Under the pieces are notes generated by a model. It made no database searches and had not been told where the DNA came from. It saw nothing but the letters and a program-made list of their open reading frames with translations. DNA of 64,000 nt from Flavobacteriales bacterium. Its GTDB lineage: Bacteria; Bacteroidota; Bacteroidia; Flavobacteriales; UBA7312. Below, one piece after another: positions 48,536 through 57,670 of this stretch (position 1 is the first letter of the stretch; each line of letters begins with the position of its first letter). The stretch is from contig JADHMQ010000002.1 of assembly GCA_016779935.1 (NCBI GenBank), positions 103,649 through 167,648 of the forward strand. Direction: 5' to 3'. The position numbers and the translations under genes are program-made.

Positions 48536-49812
48536 GGGGAAACAGTTTCCAACCCTTTCAATTTATCGCGATTTTTTACAAGCGGAATAAGTGCAATAAC
48601 TAGAAAGGCTGCACCAACCAAGTACCCATACCTAATATTTTCTGAGGATGCAAAGAATGGCATTGAGAAAAGTATTATCATAATTGTTCTGATAATAATA
48701 CTGATAGAATTAAATACGCTACCACTCCTACCAATGATATCGTTTGACACCTTTTCAAAAATATAGGTGATTCTTAGTATTCGTGTACCTGCATTACACA
48801 ATCCAATCAGTAAACTCATTGCAAATAATATGGCTACACTTTTAGTGAATGTTAATAGTATGCACGAGATAATAGTTAATACCATTAAAATGATGATACT
48901 AGTGACGATATCAGTTCTTTTGGTAATTGCACGTATTCCAAAACCTGCAAATAATGCACCAATAGAGTAGTATACCTCAGAAGAGGCAAAGACATCAGCA
49001 CTCTCTTTAAGGTAATGACTTACATAAGCTGGGACTAGCACAAATATCTCTACAATTAAAAAGGTAAAAATGGCATATGAACAAACTCCAAAAACAAATA
49101 ATAAAGGATTTTCTTTAAGGAATTTAAACCCTTTGTAAAGGCGAGTGAACATACTTCCTGTGTCAATTTCTTTTTTAACTAAGGGAACGTGTTTAATAAA
49201 TAAAATAATTATGAATGCACACATGTATGTAAGAGCATCCATCAAGAAAATTTCATGAATTTCCCAAGCTACAAAACTAAATGGTAAGGGGATGTTCAAG
49301 CCTAAAAGATTCAATGTGCCATCAGTAGTCCCCGTCAATAATATAGCAGCAAAACCACCCGCCAATATGCTTGTTGACTGGCCTTGTATTTCAATGTAGG
49401 CATTAAGTTTAGCGTAATTTTTAGGCTCAGTTATTTCTTGACCAAAAGCGTATAAATTCGGATAGTGAATATTATAATGTAGCATAGTAGTGCCAAAGAC
49501 AGCAAGGGCTAGAAACCATGGGGTAGAGCCATTAATTATTCCGTAGGATGCAATAGTTCCTATGATAATTGCACAAAATAGGTTAGAAAAAAGGAATAGT
49601 TTTTTCCTAGAGTATTTGTCTATTAAGGTGCCAGAATATAGTCCCCAGAATAAACTAAAAAAGGTAAGTAGAGCATAACCCTTTGCATAGGTGCCACTCA
49701 TCCCTAAAATATCTGCAAAATACCAAGGAATGGCAATCATACTAATTCCTTGAGCGAAGCCAGAGATGATGTTTGCAAGAAATAATAAGCCTATTGCTTT
49801 TTTATTTTTCAT
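48532..49812 (-). CDS. MFS transporter
   Basis: About 12 TM segments, with an MFS loop motif region (LIDKYSRKK). Start moved to the ATG at 49812 (MKNKKAIGLLF). Confidence 0.75.
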   Translation of the reverse strand: MKNKKAIGLLFLANIISGFAQGISMIAIPWYFADILGMSGTYAKGYALLTFFSLFWGLYSGTLIDKYSRKKLFLFSNLFCAIIIGTIASYGIINGSTPWFLALAVFGTTMLHYNIHYPNLYAFGQEITEPKNYAKLNAYIEIQGQSTSILAGGFAAILLTGTTDGTLNLLGLNIPLPFSFVAWEIHEIFLMDALTYMCAFIIILFIKHVPLVKKEIDTGSMFTRLYKGFKFLKENPLLFVFGVCSYAIFTFLIVEIFVLVPAYVSHYLKESADVFASSEVYYSIGALFAGFGIRAITKRTDIVTSIIILMVLTIISCILLTFTKSVAILFAMSLLIGLCNAGTRILRITYIFEKVSNDIIGRSGSVFNSISIIIRTIMIILFSMPFFASSENIRYGYLVGAAFLVIALIPLVKNRDKLKGLETVSP

Positions 49813-49840
49813 TGGGTACAAAAATACTACCTTTGAAAGG

Positions 49841-50305
49841 ATGGGGGATAAAATATATGATATAAAAGTTGCCAAAGAAAAAATCCAACATTATTGTGCG
49901 GTTATGGATCGCTGTCAATTTCAAGTCATAACAAAACTCAAAAGCTATGGATTAAGCCCATCATTATCAGAAGACATTTTGGTTGAGCTCATTCAAAATA
50001 AATTTGTCGATGAAGAGCGATTTGCAAGAGCGTTTTGTAGTGGTAAGTTCAAAATTAAAAAATGGGGAAGACGAAAAATAGCATTTGAACTTTCTAAATT
50101 AAAAGTTCCTAAAAGTTGTATTTCAATAGGGATGCAAGAAATAGACGAAGATGATTATCTAGAAACCATAACGCAATTAGTGGACAAAAAATACGCTATG
50201 TTAAAGGATAAAAACCCCTTTGTAAGAAAGAAAAAAGTAGTTGACTATATCCTTAGAAAAGGCTTTGAGTCTGAACTTATTTGGGAATGTGTGCGCAAAC
50301 TTTAA
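49841..50305 (+). CDS. recX: RecX family regulatory protein
   Basis: 154 aa from the ATG at 49841. Three-helix repeat pattern and the typical RecX N-terminus (KIQHYCAVMDRCQFQV), recognised from memory. Confidence 0.65.
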   Translation: MGDKIYDIKVAKEKIQHYCAVMDRCQFQVITKLKSYGLSPSLSEDILVELIQNKFVDEERFARAFCSGKFKIKKWGRRKIAFELSKLKVPKSCISIGMQEIDEDDYLETITQLVDKKYAMLKDKNPFVRKKKVVDYILRKGFESELIWECVRKL

Positions 50306-50324
50306 AACATTAAATTTGTAGTCA

Positions 50325-51413
50325 ATGGTTGGTGAAGAACAAATCGAAAATATAAAAACTAGAATCTCTGAATTAGAAGGGTTTTTGTCTATTTCAGATA
50401 AAAAGAGTTTTGTTGAGGAGCAGGAGTTACAGGCCCAAGCTCCAGATTTTTGGGATGACCCTAAAAAGGCTGAACAACATTTAAAAAACATTAATAAGCA
50501 AAAAGTATGGGTCACCGCTTTTAATGAACTACAAAAAAGCTTTGATGACTTATCAGTTTTATTTGAGTTTTTTGCTGAAGGTGATGTCGAAGAATCAGAA
50601 TTGAATCAGCAATACGAACTGTGTTTACAAAAGCTTTCCGATTTAGAATTTAAAAATATGCTTAGTAAGGAGGAGGATAATCTTCCTGCTATAATGACAA
50701 TAAACCCTGGTGCTGGAGGTACAGAAAGTCAAGATTGGGCAGAGATGCTAATGCGTATGTATATCATGTGGGGCGAAAAAAACAAATTCAAAGTCAAAGA
50801 GCTCGATTTTCAGTCTGGAGATGCTGCTGGAATAAAATCCGTTACCTTACAATTTGAAGGCGACTTTGCTTTTGGAAACCTCAAAGGAGAAAACGGTGTG
50901 CATAGGTTAGTACGTATTTCCCCTTTTGATTCAAATGCAAAACGACACACTTCTTTTTCATCTGTATTTGTATATCCACTTGCCGATGATTCTATAAAGA
51001 TTGAAATAAACCCATCAGAAATAAGCTGGGATACTTTCAGAGCCGGCGGTGCTGGTGGTCAAGGAGTTAATAAAATTGAGACTGCAGTTAGATTAAAGCA
51101 TGCACCAACTGGAATAATTATTGAAAATTCAGAAACACGTTCTCAATTAGAAAACAAAGACAAAGCCCTACAGCTTTTGAAATCTCAATTATACGAGATA
51201 GAACTCAGAAAAAGACAAGCAGAAAAAGATAAAATTGAGGGCTCAAAGAAAAAAATAGAATGGGGTTCGCAGATTAGAAATTATGTTTTACATCCTTATA
51301 AAATGGTAAAGGATTTAAGGACCGAGCACGAAACCTCAAACACTCAGGCAGTCCTTGATGGTGAAATCAACGATTTTATAAAAGCTTATTTAATGGAATT
51401 TGGACAAAATTAA
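50325..51413 (+). CDS. prfB: peptide chain release factor 2 (single uninterrupted frame)
   Basis: 362 aa. The SPF tripeptide (RISPFDS) marks RF2 rather than RF1, and there is a GGQ motif (AGGAGGQGVNK). No internal in-frame stop at the usual frameshift position. Confidence 0.9.
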   Translation: MVGEEQIENIKTRISELEGFLSISDKKSFVEEQELQAQAPDFWDDPKKAEQHLKNINKQKVWVTAFNELQKSFDDLSVLFEFFAEGDVEESELNQQYELCLQKLSDLEFKNMLSKEEDNLPAIMTINPGAGGTESQDWAEMLMRMYIMWGEKNKFKVKELDFQSGDAAGIKSVTLQFEGDFAFGNLKGENGVHRLVRISPFDSNAKRHTSFSSVFVYPLADDSIKIEINPSEISWDTFRAGGAGGQGVNKIETAVRLKHAPTGIIIENSETRSQLENKDKALQLLKSQLYEIELRKRQAEKDKIEGSKKKIEWGSQIRNYVLHPYKMVKDLRTEHETSNTQAVLDGEINDFIKAYLMEFGQN

Positions 51414-51418
51414 ATATT

Positions 51419-51763
51419 ATGGAAGTTACAATTTATCATAACCCTAGATGTAGTAAAAGCAGACAGGCATTATCTTTATTAGAAAGCAAAGGCTGTAAGA
51501 CTACGGTGGTAGAATACTTAAAAAAACCATTGACAGTTGAACAATTATCGCGGATAATCAATGATTTAAATATTAAACCTATTGACTTAGTTCGTAAAAA
51601 TGAATCTGTTTGGAAAGAAAATTATAAAGGAAAAGAGCTGAGTGATGGTGAGCTGATTGATGCAATGATTAGTAACCCTAAACTCATTGAGCGACCAATA
51701 GTTCTTAGCAGTAAGGGAGCGGTAGTTGGAAGACCACTAGAAAATATATTGAATGTATTGTAA
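51419..51763 (+). CDS. arsC: ArsC/Spx-family (glutaredoxin-type arsenate reductase-like) protein
   Basis: 114 aa. N-terminal IYHNPRCSKSRQAL and an ERPIV block. Confidence 0.8.
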   Translation: MEVTIYHNPRCSKSRQALSLLESKGCKTTVVEYLKKPLTVEQLSRIINDLNIKPIDLVRKNESVWKENYKGKELSDGELIDAMISNPKLIERPIVLSSKGAVVGRPLENILNVL

Positions 51764-51765
51764 GA

Positions 51766-51912
51766 CTATTCTAGTTCTTCAACCAAGTCTTTATTTTTAT
51801 AAGACTCGATAAACCAAGCGCCAATCCAGTAAGGCAAAAAGCCAATAATGAAAGTAAGTAACCAGAACGCCATAATTGCGATAACTAAAAAGAGTAGAAA
51901 ACCAATAAACAT
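51766..51912 (-). CDS. possible 48-aa small membrane protein
   Basis: ATG ORF not in the track: MFIGFLLFLVIAIMAFWLLTFIIGFLPYWIGAWFIESYKNKDLVEELE. A hydrophobic hairpin plus a charged tail. It fills an otherwise empty 209-bp gap. Confidence 0.35.
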   Translation of the reverse strand: MFIGFLLFLVIAIMAFWLLTFIIGFLPYWIGAWFIESYKNKDLVEELE

Positions 51913-51928
51913 ATCTTATATTTTGAAT

Positions 51929-51936
51929 TAACTTTG
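51929..51936 (+). promoter_or_regulatory. Bacteroidetes-type -7 promoter box upstream of fumC
   Basis: Exact TAACTTTG (TAnnTTTG), 37 nt upstream of the fumC ATG. Confidence 0.45.
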
Positions 51937-51972
51937 TGCAAAAGTAAGCGTTAATTATCTAATAAAAAAATC

Positions 51973-53370
51973 ATGAGCTATAGAATTGAAAAAGATACAA
52001 TGGGAGAAGTAAAAGTACCTACAGACAAGTATTGGGGTGCTCAAACTGAACGTTCAAGAAACAATTTCAAAATAGGTCATTCCTCCAGTATGCCATTAGA
52101 AATTATCTATGGTTTTGCTTACTTAAAAAAAGCTGCAGCACATGCTAACTGTGAATTAGGTGTGCTTTCTACTGAAAAAAGAGATTTGATTTCTCAAGTT
52201 TGTGATGAAATTCTCGATGGTCAGCTAGATGATCAATTTCCATTAGTGATTTGGCAAACAGGTTCTGGTACACAGTCAAATATGAATACCAATGAGGTTA
52301 TAGCCAACAGAGGTCACTTTATTAATGGAGGTAGTCTTTCCGACACAGATAAATTTATTCATCCAAATGATGATGTAAACAAATCACAGTCTTCCAATGA
52401 TACTTTTCCAACAGGAATGCATATTGCAGCATACAAAATGATTGTGGAAACCACTATTCCAGCAGTCGAGTTATTACGAAACACATTGGCTATGAAGTCT
52501 AAAGACTTTATGAAAGTGGTCAAAATTGGAAGAACACACTTGATGGATGCTACCCCATTAACACTTGGGCAAGAGTTTTCTGGCTATGTGTCTCAGCTAG
52601 ATCATGGTTTGAAAGCACTAAATAATACGTTAAGTCACCTTTCTGAATTAGCACTAGGTGGAACCGCTGTAGGAACGGGGATTAATACCCCTGATGGATA
52701 TGCAGAATTAGTAGCACAAAAGATTGCTGAGTTTACTGGCTTTCCTTTTGTTAGTGCCGAAAACAAGTTTGAAGCTTTAGCCGCTCATGATGCCATTGTG
52801 GAGTCACATGGGGCATTAAAGCAATTGGCTATTTCTTTAAATAAAATTGCAAATGACATTAGATTGCTAGCTTCAGGACCTAGAAGTGGCATTGGAGAAA
52901 TTACTATACCATCAAACGAGCCAGGCTCATCAATAATGCCTGGAAAAGTTAACCCAACTCAATGTGAAGCATTAACTATGGTTTGTGCCCAGGTAATGGG
53001 AAATGATGTGGCAATTGGAGTAGGTGGTTTGCAAGGACATTATGAGCTTAATGTGTTTAAACCAATGATGGCAGCAAACATTTTACAGTCTGCACGATTA
53101 ATTGCGGATGCTTGTGTATCTTTTAATAATAACTGTGCCGTAGGTATTGAGCCAAATCATCAGAATTTGAAGAAAAACTTAGATAATTCATTGATGCTAG
53201 TGACGGCTCTGAATACTAAAATCGGTTATGAAAAAGCAGCTAAAATTGCCAAAACTGCTCATAAAAATGGCACTACTTTAAAAGAAGAGTCTGTAAACTT
53301 AGGCTACCTCACTGCTGAAGAATTTGATGAATGGGTTAAACCTGAAGATATGTGTGGAAGTTTGAAATAA
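51973..53370 (+). CDS. fumC: class II fumarate hydratase
   Basis: 465 aa with the fumarate-lyase signature [15 protein letters not shown] and the [10 protein letters not shown] block. Confidence 0.95.
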   Translation: MSYRIEKDTMGEVKVPTDKYWGAQTERSRNNFKIGHSSSMPLEIIYGFAYLKKAAAHANCELGVLSTEKRDLISQVCDEILDGQLDDQFPLVIWQTGSGTQSNMNTNEVIANRGHFINGGSLSDTDKFIHPNDDVNKSQSSNDTFPTGMHIAAYKMIVETTIPAVELLRNTLAMKSKDFMKVVKIGRTHLMDATPLTLGQEFSGYVSQLDHGLKALNNTLSHLSELALGGTAVGTGINTPDGYAELVAQKIAEFTGFPFVSAENKFEALAAHDAIVESHGALKQLAISLNKIANDIRLLASGPRSGIGEITIPSNEPGSSIMPGKVNPTQCEALTMVCAQVMGNDVAIGVGGLQGHYELNVFKPMMAANILQSARLIADACVSFNNNCAVGIEPNHQNLKKNLDNSLMLVTALNTKIGYEKAAKIAKTAHKNGTTLKEESVNLGYLTAEEFDEWVKPEDMCGSLK

Positions 53371-53371
53371 A

Positions 53372-54460
53372 TCAGACGTAATCCTCTCCTTTATTTCGTT
53401 TTACATCACTAACAAACTGCTTGATTTGTTGCTCGTTTTCTTTCTTACAGATTAATAGGGTGTTGTCATTGTCAATTACAATATAGTCTTCTAATCCTTC
53501 AACCACTACTACTTTGTTGTTCGGAGCATAAATGATGTTATTCTTGGAGTCATAAAGCATAACACCATTACCAATAATACCGTTATTATTTTCATCTAAA
53601 TCTAGATGATTGTGTAATGACCCCCAAGTTCCTAAATCGCTCCATCCAAAATCAGAAGGATACACACACACATTATCGGCCTTTTCCATTAGTCCATAAT
53701 CAATAGAAATACTCTTACAACCCGGGAAAACTCTATTTATGAATTCTTCCTCTTGGTCAGTGTTGAAGTAGTCAATCCCATCATGGAAAGTGTCGTATAA
53801 ATCCCTTAAGTGTTTTCTTAGACCAAGCGTAATAGACTTAGCGCTCCAAATAAAAATACCAGAATTCCACAAGAAATCGCCACTTTCAAGAAATTGATTG
53901 GCAAGCTCAAGGGTAGGTTTTTCAGTAAATGTTTTTACCGAATGTATATGTTGGCTAAACTCTGATTTTTCCTCATTAAACTGAATATATCCATAGCCTG
54001 TATCAGGTCTTGAAGGTTTAATCCCTAGAGTTAATAAATAGCTGTTTTTTGAACAAACTTCAAAGCACTCATTCACGATTCTTGTAAATTCATTCTCATT
54101 AGTAATGAGGTGGTCAGAAGGGGCGACAATTATATTTGCTTCAGGGTTTATGTTGTGGATTTTAAAAGAAGCATATGCGATGCAAGGTGCCGTATTTCTC
54201 ATGGCAGGTTCACATAAAATATTACTCTCTTTTATATCCTTTAATTGTTCAACACAGAGGTCTTTATAATTTACATTTGTAACGACCAGTATATTTTCTG
54301 TAGGACAAAAGTTATTTAATCTTCTAAAGGTTTGTTGAATTAGGGTTTCTCCTGTTCCGAGTATATCTAAAAATTGCTTAGGAAATGTACTTCTACTCAT
54401 AGGCCAAAATCGAGAGCCTATACCGCCAGCCATTATTACAGCAAAATTATTAGTATTCAT
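53372..54460 (-). CDS. mannose-1-phosphate guanylyltransferase
   Basis: 362 aa. Nucleotidyltransferase N-terminus AVIMAGGIGSRFWPMSR plus a C-terminal left-handed-helix/cupin-less short form. Confidence 0.8.
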   Translation of the reverse strand: MNTNNFAVIMAGGIGSRFWPMSRSTFPKQFLDILGTGETLIQQTFRRLNNFCPTENILVVTNVNYKDLCVEQLKDIKESNILCEPAMRNTAPCIAYASFKIHNINPEANIIVAPSDHLITNENEFTRIVNECFEVCSKNSYLLTLGIKPSRPDTGYGYIQFNEEKSEFSQHIHSVKTFTEKPTLELANQFLESGDFLWNSGIFIWSAKSITLGLRKHLRDLYDTFHDGIDYFNTDQEEEFINRVFPGCKSISIDYGLMEKADNVCVYPSDFGWSDLGTWGSLHNHLDLDENNNGIIGNGVMLYDSKNNIIYAPNNKVVVVEGLEDYIVIDNDNTLLICKKENEQQIKQFVSDVKRNKGEDYV

Positions 54461-54494
54461 ATGCTTCTGAAGTTTGAGTTGTAAAAGTACGAAA

Positions 54495-55070
54495 TCAAAT
54501 TTTAACCTCTGCTAATGGGTTAAATAGGTACCTTTTGTTATTAGAAAGGGATTTGCACTGATACCGTTTTTTTATTTTTTTTTCTTTTATATATTTCTTT
54601 CCATTTGAGGTTTCAAAAACACTTCCATCGGCTATATCAGAAATAGTTAGAATAGGTTTTTCATCAAATTGCCTCAAGGCTTTTACAAGCTCATAATCTG
54701 AACTTGTGGATGCTTTTGGATTTTTTAAATGAGCAGCAAGCCGTTTTTGTATTACTTCTGGAAAAATAGGTAAGAAGGGAATCATAAGCTTCTGAAAGGT
54801 CATTTTCCATTCTTTACCATGAGGAAGAACTCTAGGTGAATACTCTTCTTTTACCAACATATGAGCAATCTCATGAGTTAAGGTAATGAGAAAAGAATAG
54901 GAGTTTAGGTCATTATTAATTGAAATATGGTGTTGACCTTTGTAAAAACGATAATCACCTAATTTAGTAGCTCTCGATTTTTTGATTGATAATTGGCAAT
55001 TATAATCTGTTAACCACTTTTTTATAGTATCAACAGATTCTTCAGGAAGAAATGAGTCTAGCTTTTGCAT
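54495..55070 (-). CDS. SprT-like zinc metalloprotease domain protein
   Basis: 191 aa with an HExxH motif (LTHEIAHMLV) in a SprT-like context. Confidence 0.6.
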   Translation of the reverse strand: MQKLDSFLPEESVDTIKKWLTDYNCQLSIKKSRATKLGDYRFYKGQHHISINNDLNSYSFLITLTHEIAHMLVKEEYSPRVLPHGKEWKMTFQKLMIPFLPIFPEVIQKRLAAHLKNPKASTSSDYELVKALRQFDEKPILTISDIADGSVFETSNGKKYIKEKKIKKRYQCKSLSNNKRYLFNPLAEVKI

Positions 55071-57181
55071 TAACTCAATATTTGGTAAGCTGCAAAGCTA
55101 GCTAGATATGCTAAGAGACTCATGTATACAAATTGTATTATGGGCCATTTCCAGCTATTTGTTTCTCTAAAAACAATAGCTAATGTGCTCATGCACTGCA
55201 TTGCAAAGGCATAAAAGAGCATAAGTGATAGTGCTACTGCCGGCGTAAAGAATGCTTCTCCAGTTTTTGGGTTCTTATGGGACATTAATTTTTCCCTTAT
55301 AGATTTGGTGTTATCGGCATCGCCAACACTATAAATAGTTGACATTGTTCCGACAAAAACTTCTCTAGCAGCAAAAGAAGTAATGAGTGAAATTCCAATT
55401 CTCCAATCAAAACCAAGAGGTCTAATTACCGGCTCAATACTTTTTCCAATTATACCTGCGTATGAAGCTTCTAATTTTTCACTAGCTATTTCTACTTCAG
55501 CATTTTCAGAATATTGGTATTTCTCTTCTATTTTCTGGAATTTATCTGAAGGACCATAGGAGGAAAGCCCCCAAAGAACGATAGATATAGCGACAATAAT
55601 TTTTCCAGCATCAATCAAAAATACTTTTACCTTTTCAAATATTGTTAAGCCAACAGTTTTCCAGTCAGGGACTTTGTAAGTTGGCATTTCCATTACAAAA
55701 TAGCCTCTTTCTTTGGACTCTAAAATATACTTCATCATCCAAGCTATAGAAATTGCCGATACAAAGCCTATTAGGTAGAAGCCCATCATAGTAAGTCCTT
55801 GAAGGTTAAAGATCAACCATTTTTGCTCGGCAGGAATCATCATGGAAATGAGCAAGGTGTAAACAGGCAGTCTTGCAGCACAGCTCATAAGAGGAACGAC
55901 CATAATTGTAATTATTCTTTCCTTCCAGTTAGGAATAGTACGTGCCGACATTACGGCAGGAATAGCACATGCAGCACCGCTTAGTAATGGTATAATAGAA
56001 CGCCCACTAAGTCCAAAGCCTCTAAGTAATTTGTCGGTTATGAAGCTTACTCTTGACATATAGCCAGTATCTTCAAGTATGGCAATAAATGCAAAAAGAA
56101 AGGCGATTTGAGGAACAAAAATTACGATACCTCCAAGTCCAGCAATAATACCATCAACAATTAAACTATTGAGGGCTCCATCTGGCAATGAGTTTGCAAC
56201 AAATTGTGAGAGTTGAGCAAACGCATTATCAATAAGTTCCATGGGGTATTCTGACCAAGAGAATACCGCCTGAAAAATGAGAAATAAAACAGCTAGGAAA
56301 ATCCCAAAGCCTAAAATTGGATGAGTAAGTATATTATCTAACTTCTGAGTGAGGCTATTGTTTTTGCTAAACTCAGGATATTTTATACATAACTCAATAA
56401 GTTTATCAATGGCTTTATACCGTCTTACCGTTTCCGTGGCTTGTGACCTTTTCGGATTGAATTTTAACTCTTTAGAAAGTTCTTCAAAGTGTGTTTTTTC
56501 TTTTTCAGAAATGCCAGTAATGGTTTTATAATTACATGCGATTTGAAAAGCGTTGTAATCACTTTTGAGAGTTAACTTGTTTTGAATCTTACCAATGAGT
56601 TCGGGTGCTAGGTTTTTAATATCAACAAAGCTTTTGGGTGTTTCAAAATCGTTTATGACTTTGATGATTGCCTGCTTTAGGTTACCTATACCGATCTTTT
56701 TTCTTGCATTAATTGGGACTACAGGAATTCCAAGTTGCTCACTAAGTAAACTTATATCAATTTCGACACCATCGGCAATAGTTAAATCCATCATGCTAAG
56801 AGCCAAAATGCAAGGCGTATTAAGGTCAATAACTTGAGTGGCTAAACACAAAGAACGTTTAAGGTTTGATGCGTCAGCAATGATGATATTTACATCAGGA
56901 TGGTGTTCGTTCTTAGAGTCACAAAGAATCTGAAATGATACACTTTCATCAACAGATTTTGGGTAAAGACTATACGTTCCTGGCAGGTCAATAAATTCAG
57001 TATCGACTTTATTTTTACTTGCTAATTGTGAAATTTGACAGGCACCGACTTTTTTGTCAACTGTTATACCTGGAAAGTTTGCCACTTTTTGATTTAAACC
57101 AGTGAGGGCATTAAATAAGGTTGTTTTTCCGCTATTCGGATTTCCAACTAAGGCTACTTTAATTTTTTGAGAAAGCGTCAA
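55070..57181 (-). CDS. feoB: ferrous iron transporter FeoB
   Basis: 703 aa. N-terminal G-domain (LVGNPNSGKTTLFNALTG, DLPGTYSL) plus a polytopic membrane domain. The start codon is TTG. Confidence 0.95.
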   Translation of the reverse strand: MTLSQKIKVALVGNPNSGKTTLFNALTGLNQKVANFPGITVDKKVGACQISQLASKNKVDTEFIDLPGTYSLYPKSVDESVSFQILCDSKNEHHPDVNIIIADASNLKRSLCLATQVIDLNTPCILALSMMDLTIADGVEIDISLLSEQLGIPVVPINARKKIGIGNLKQAIIKVINDFETPKSFVDIKNLAPELIGKIQNKLTLKSDYNAFQIACNYKTITGISEKEKTHFEELSKELKFNPKRSQATETVRRYKAIDKLIELCIKYPEFSKNNSLTQKLDNILTHPILGFGIFLAVLFLIFQAVFSWSEYPMELIDNAFAQLSQFVANSLPDGALNSLIVDGIIAGLGGIVIFVPQIAFLFAFIAILEDTGYMSRVSFITDKLLRGFGLSGRSIIPLLSGAACAIPAVMSARTIPNWKERIITIMVVPLMSCAARLPVYTLLISMMIPAEQKWLIFNLQGLTMMGFYLIGFVSAISIAWMMKYILESKERGYFVMEMPTYKVPDWKTVGLTIFEKVKVFLIDAGKIIVAISIVLWGLSSYGPSDKFQKIEEKYQYSENAEVEIASEKLEASYAGIIGKSIEPVIRPLGFDWRIGISLITSFAAREVFVGTMSTIYSVGDADNTKSIREKLMSHKNPKTGEAFFTPAVALSLMLFYAFAMQCMSTLAIVFRETNSWKWPIIQFVYMSLLAYLASFAAYQILS

Positions 57182-57184
57182 CGA

Positions 57185-57412
57185 TTATTTGATTTCGTTT
57201 ACAAATATGGTTTCAGCTTCTGATTTTCTCATACTCAACAAATATCCTGAAATGGAAACAGCTATGGGATCACCTAATGGAGCTTTACGCTCAATGCAAA
57301 TTCGTTCACCTGGAAGGCATCCCATTTCCATGAGTTTTAGTGCCAACTCCTTATCAGAAAAAGAATCTATGACAGCTTTTTCTCCAGGTTCTAAATTACT
57401 TAGGTTTTTCAT
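57185..57412 (-). CDS. feoA: ferrous iron transport protein FeoA
   Basis: 75 aa SH3-like FeoA pattern (LMEMGCLPGERICIERKAPLGDPI). Confidence 0.9.
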   Translation of the reverse strand: MKNLSNLEPGEKAVIDSFSDKELALKLMEMGCLPGERICIERKAPLGDPIAVSISGYLLSMRKSEAETIFVNEIK

Positions 57413-57451
57413 GCCGCTAAGTTACTTATTTAGAATTAATCTAAAGGAAAA

Positions 57452-57592
57452 TTAAGTATGTTTTTCTACCTCTTCTACTGTATTCGAAAAGCTTGGGCAG
57501 TCGCAGTCTTCTTTTAAAATTCCGCAGGAAGATAAGCTGAGCAGAAAACAAGAAAAAAACAGAAAGAAAAATATTTTTTTTGCTTTATTCAT
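57452..57592 (-). CDS. possible 46-aa Cys-rich lipoprotein upstream of feoAB
   Basis: ATG ORF not in the track: MNKAKKIFFFLFFSCFLLSLSSC|GILKEDCDCPSFSNTVEEVEKHT. It has a canonical signal peptide and lipobox, and its stop is 39 nt upstream of feoA. Confidence 0.45.
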   Translation of the reverse strand: MNKAKKIFFFLFFSCFLLSLSSCGILKEDCDCPSFSNTVEEVEKHT

Positions 57593-57670
57593 AGTTGAAT
57601 ATAATACTATTTTCAAAAATACTATATGGTTTTAAGATTGAGGCAATAAATATTATTATTTTTGAAGAAT

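Noticed and set aside
50201-50515. 104-aa minus-strand ORF crossing the recX/prfB boundary, plus similar antisense ORFs at 15966..16319, 16528..16799, 15687..15923, 35583..35998, 36348..36996 and elsewhere.
   Set aside because: All lie antisense or out of frame within confidently assigned housekeeping genes. None has a recognisable motif or a free-standing promoter and terminator context.
57644-57661. Fur-box-like A/T hexamer run upstream of the feo unit.
   Set aside because: It matches the GATAAT-repeat consensus only partially and is not distinguishable from background AT-rich sequence without a scoring matrix. It is kept only as a low-interest note in the findings.
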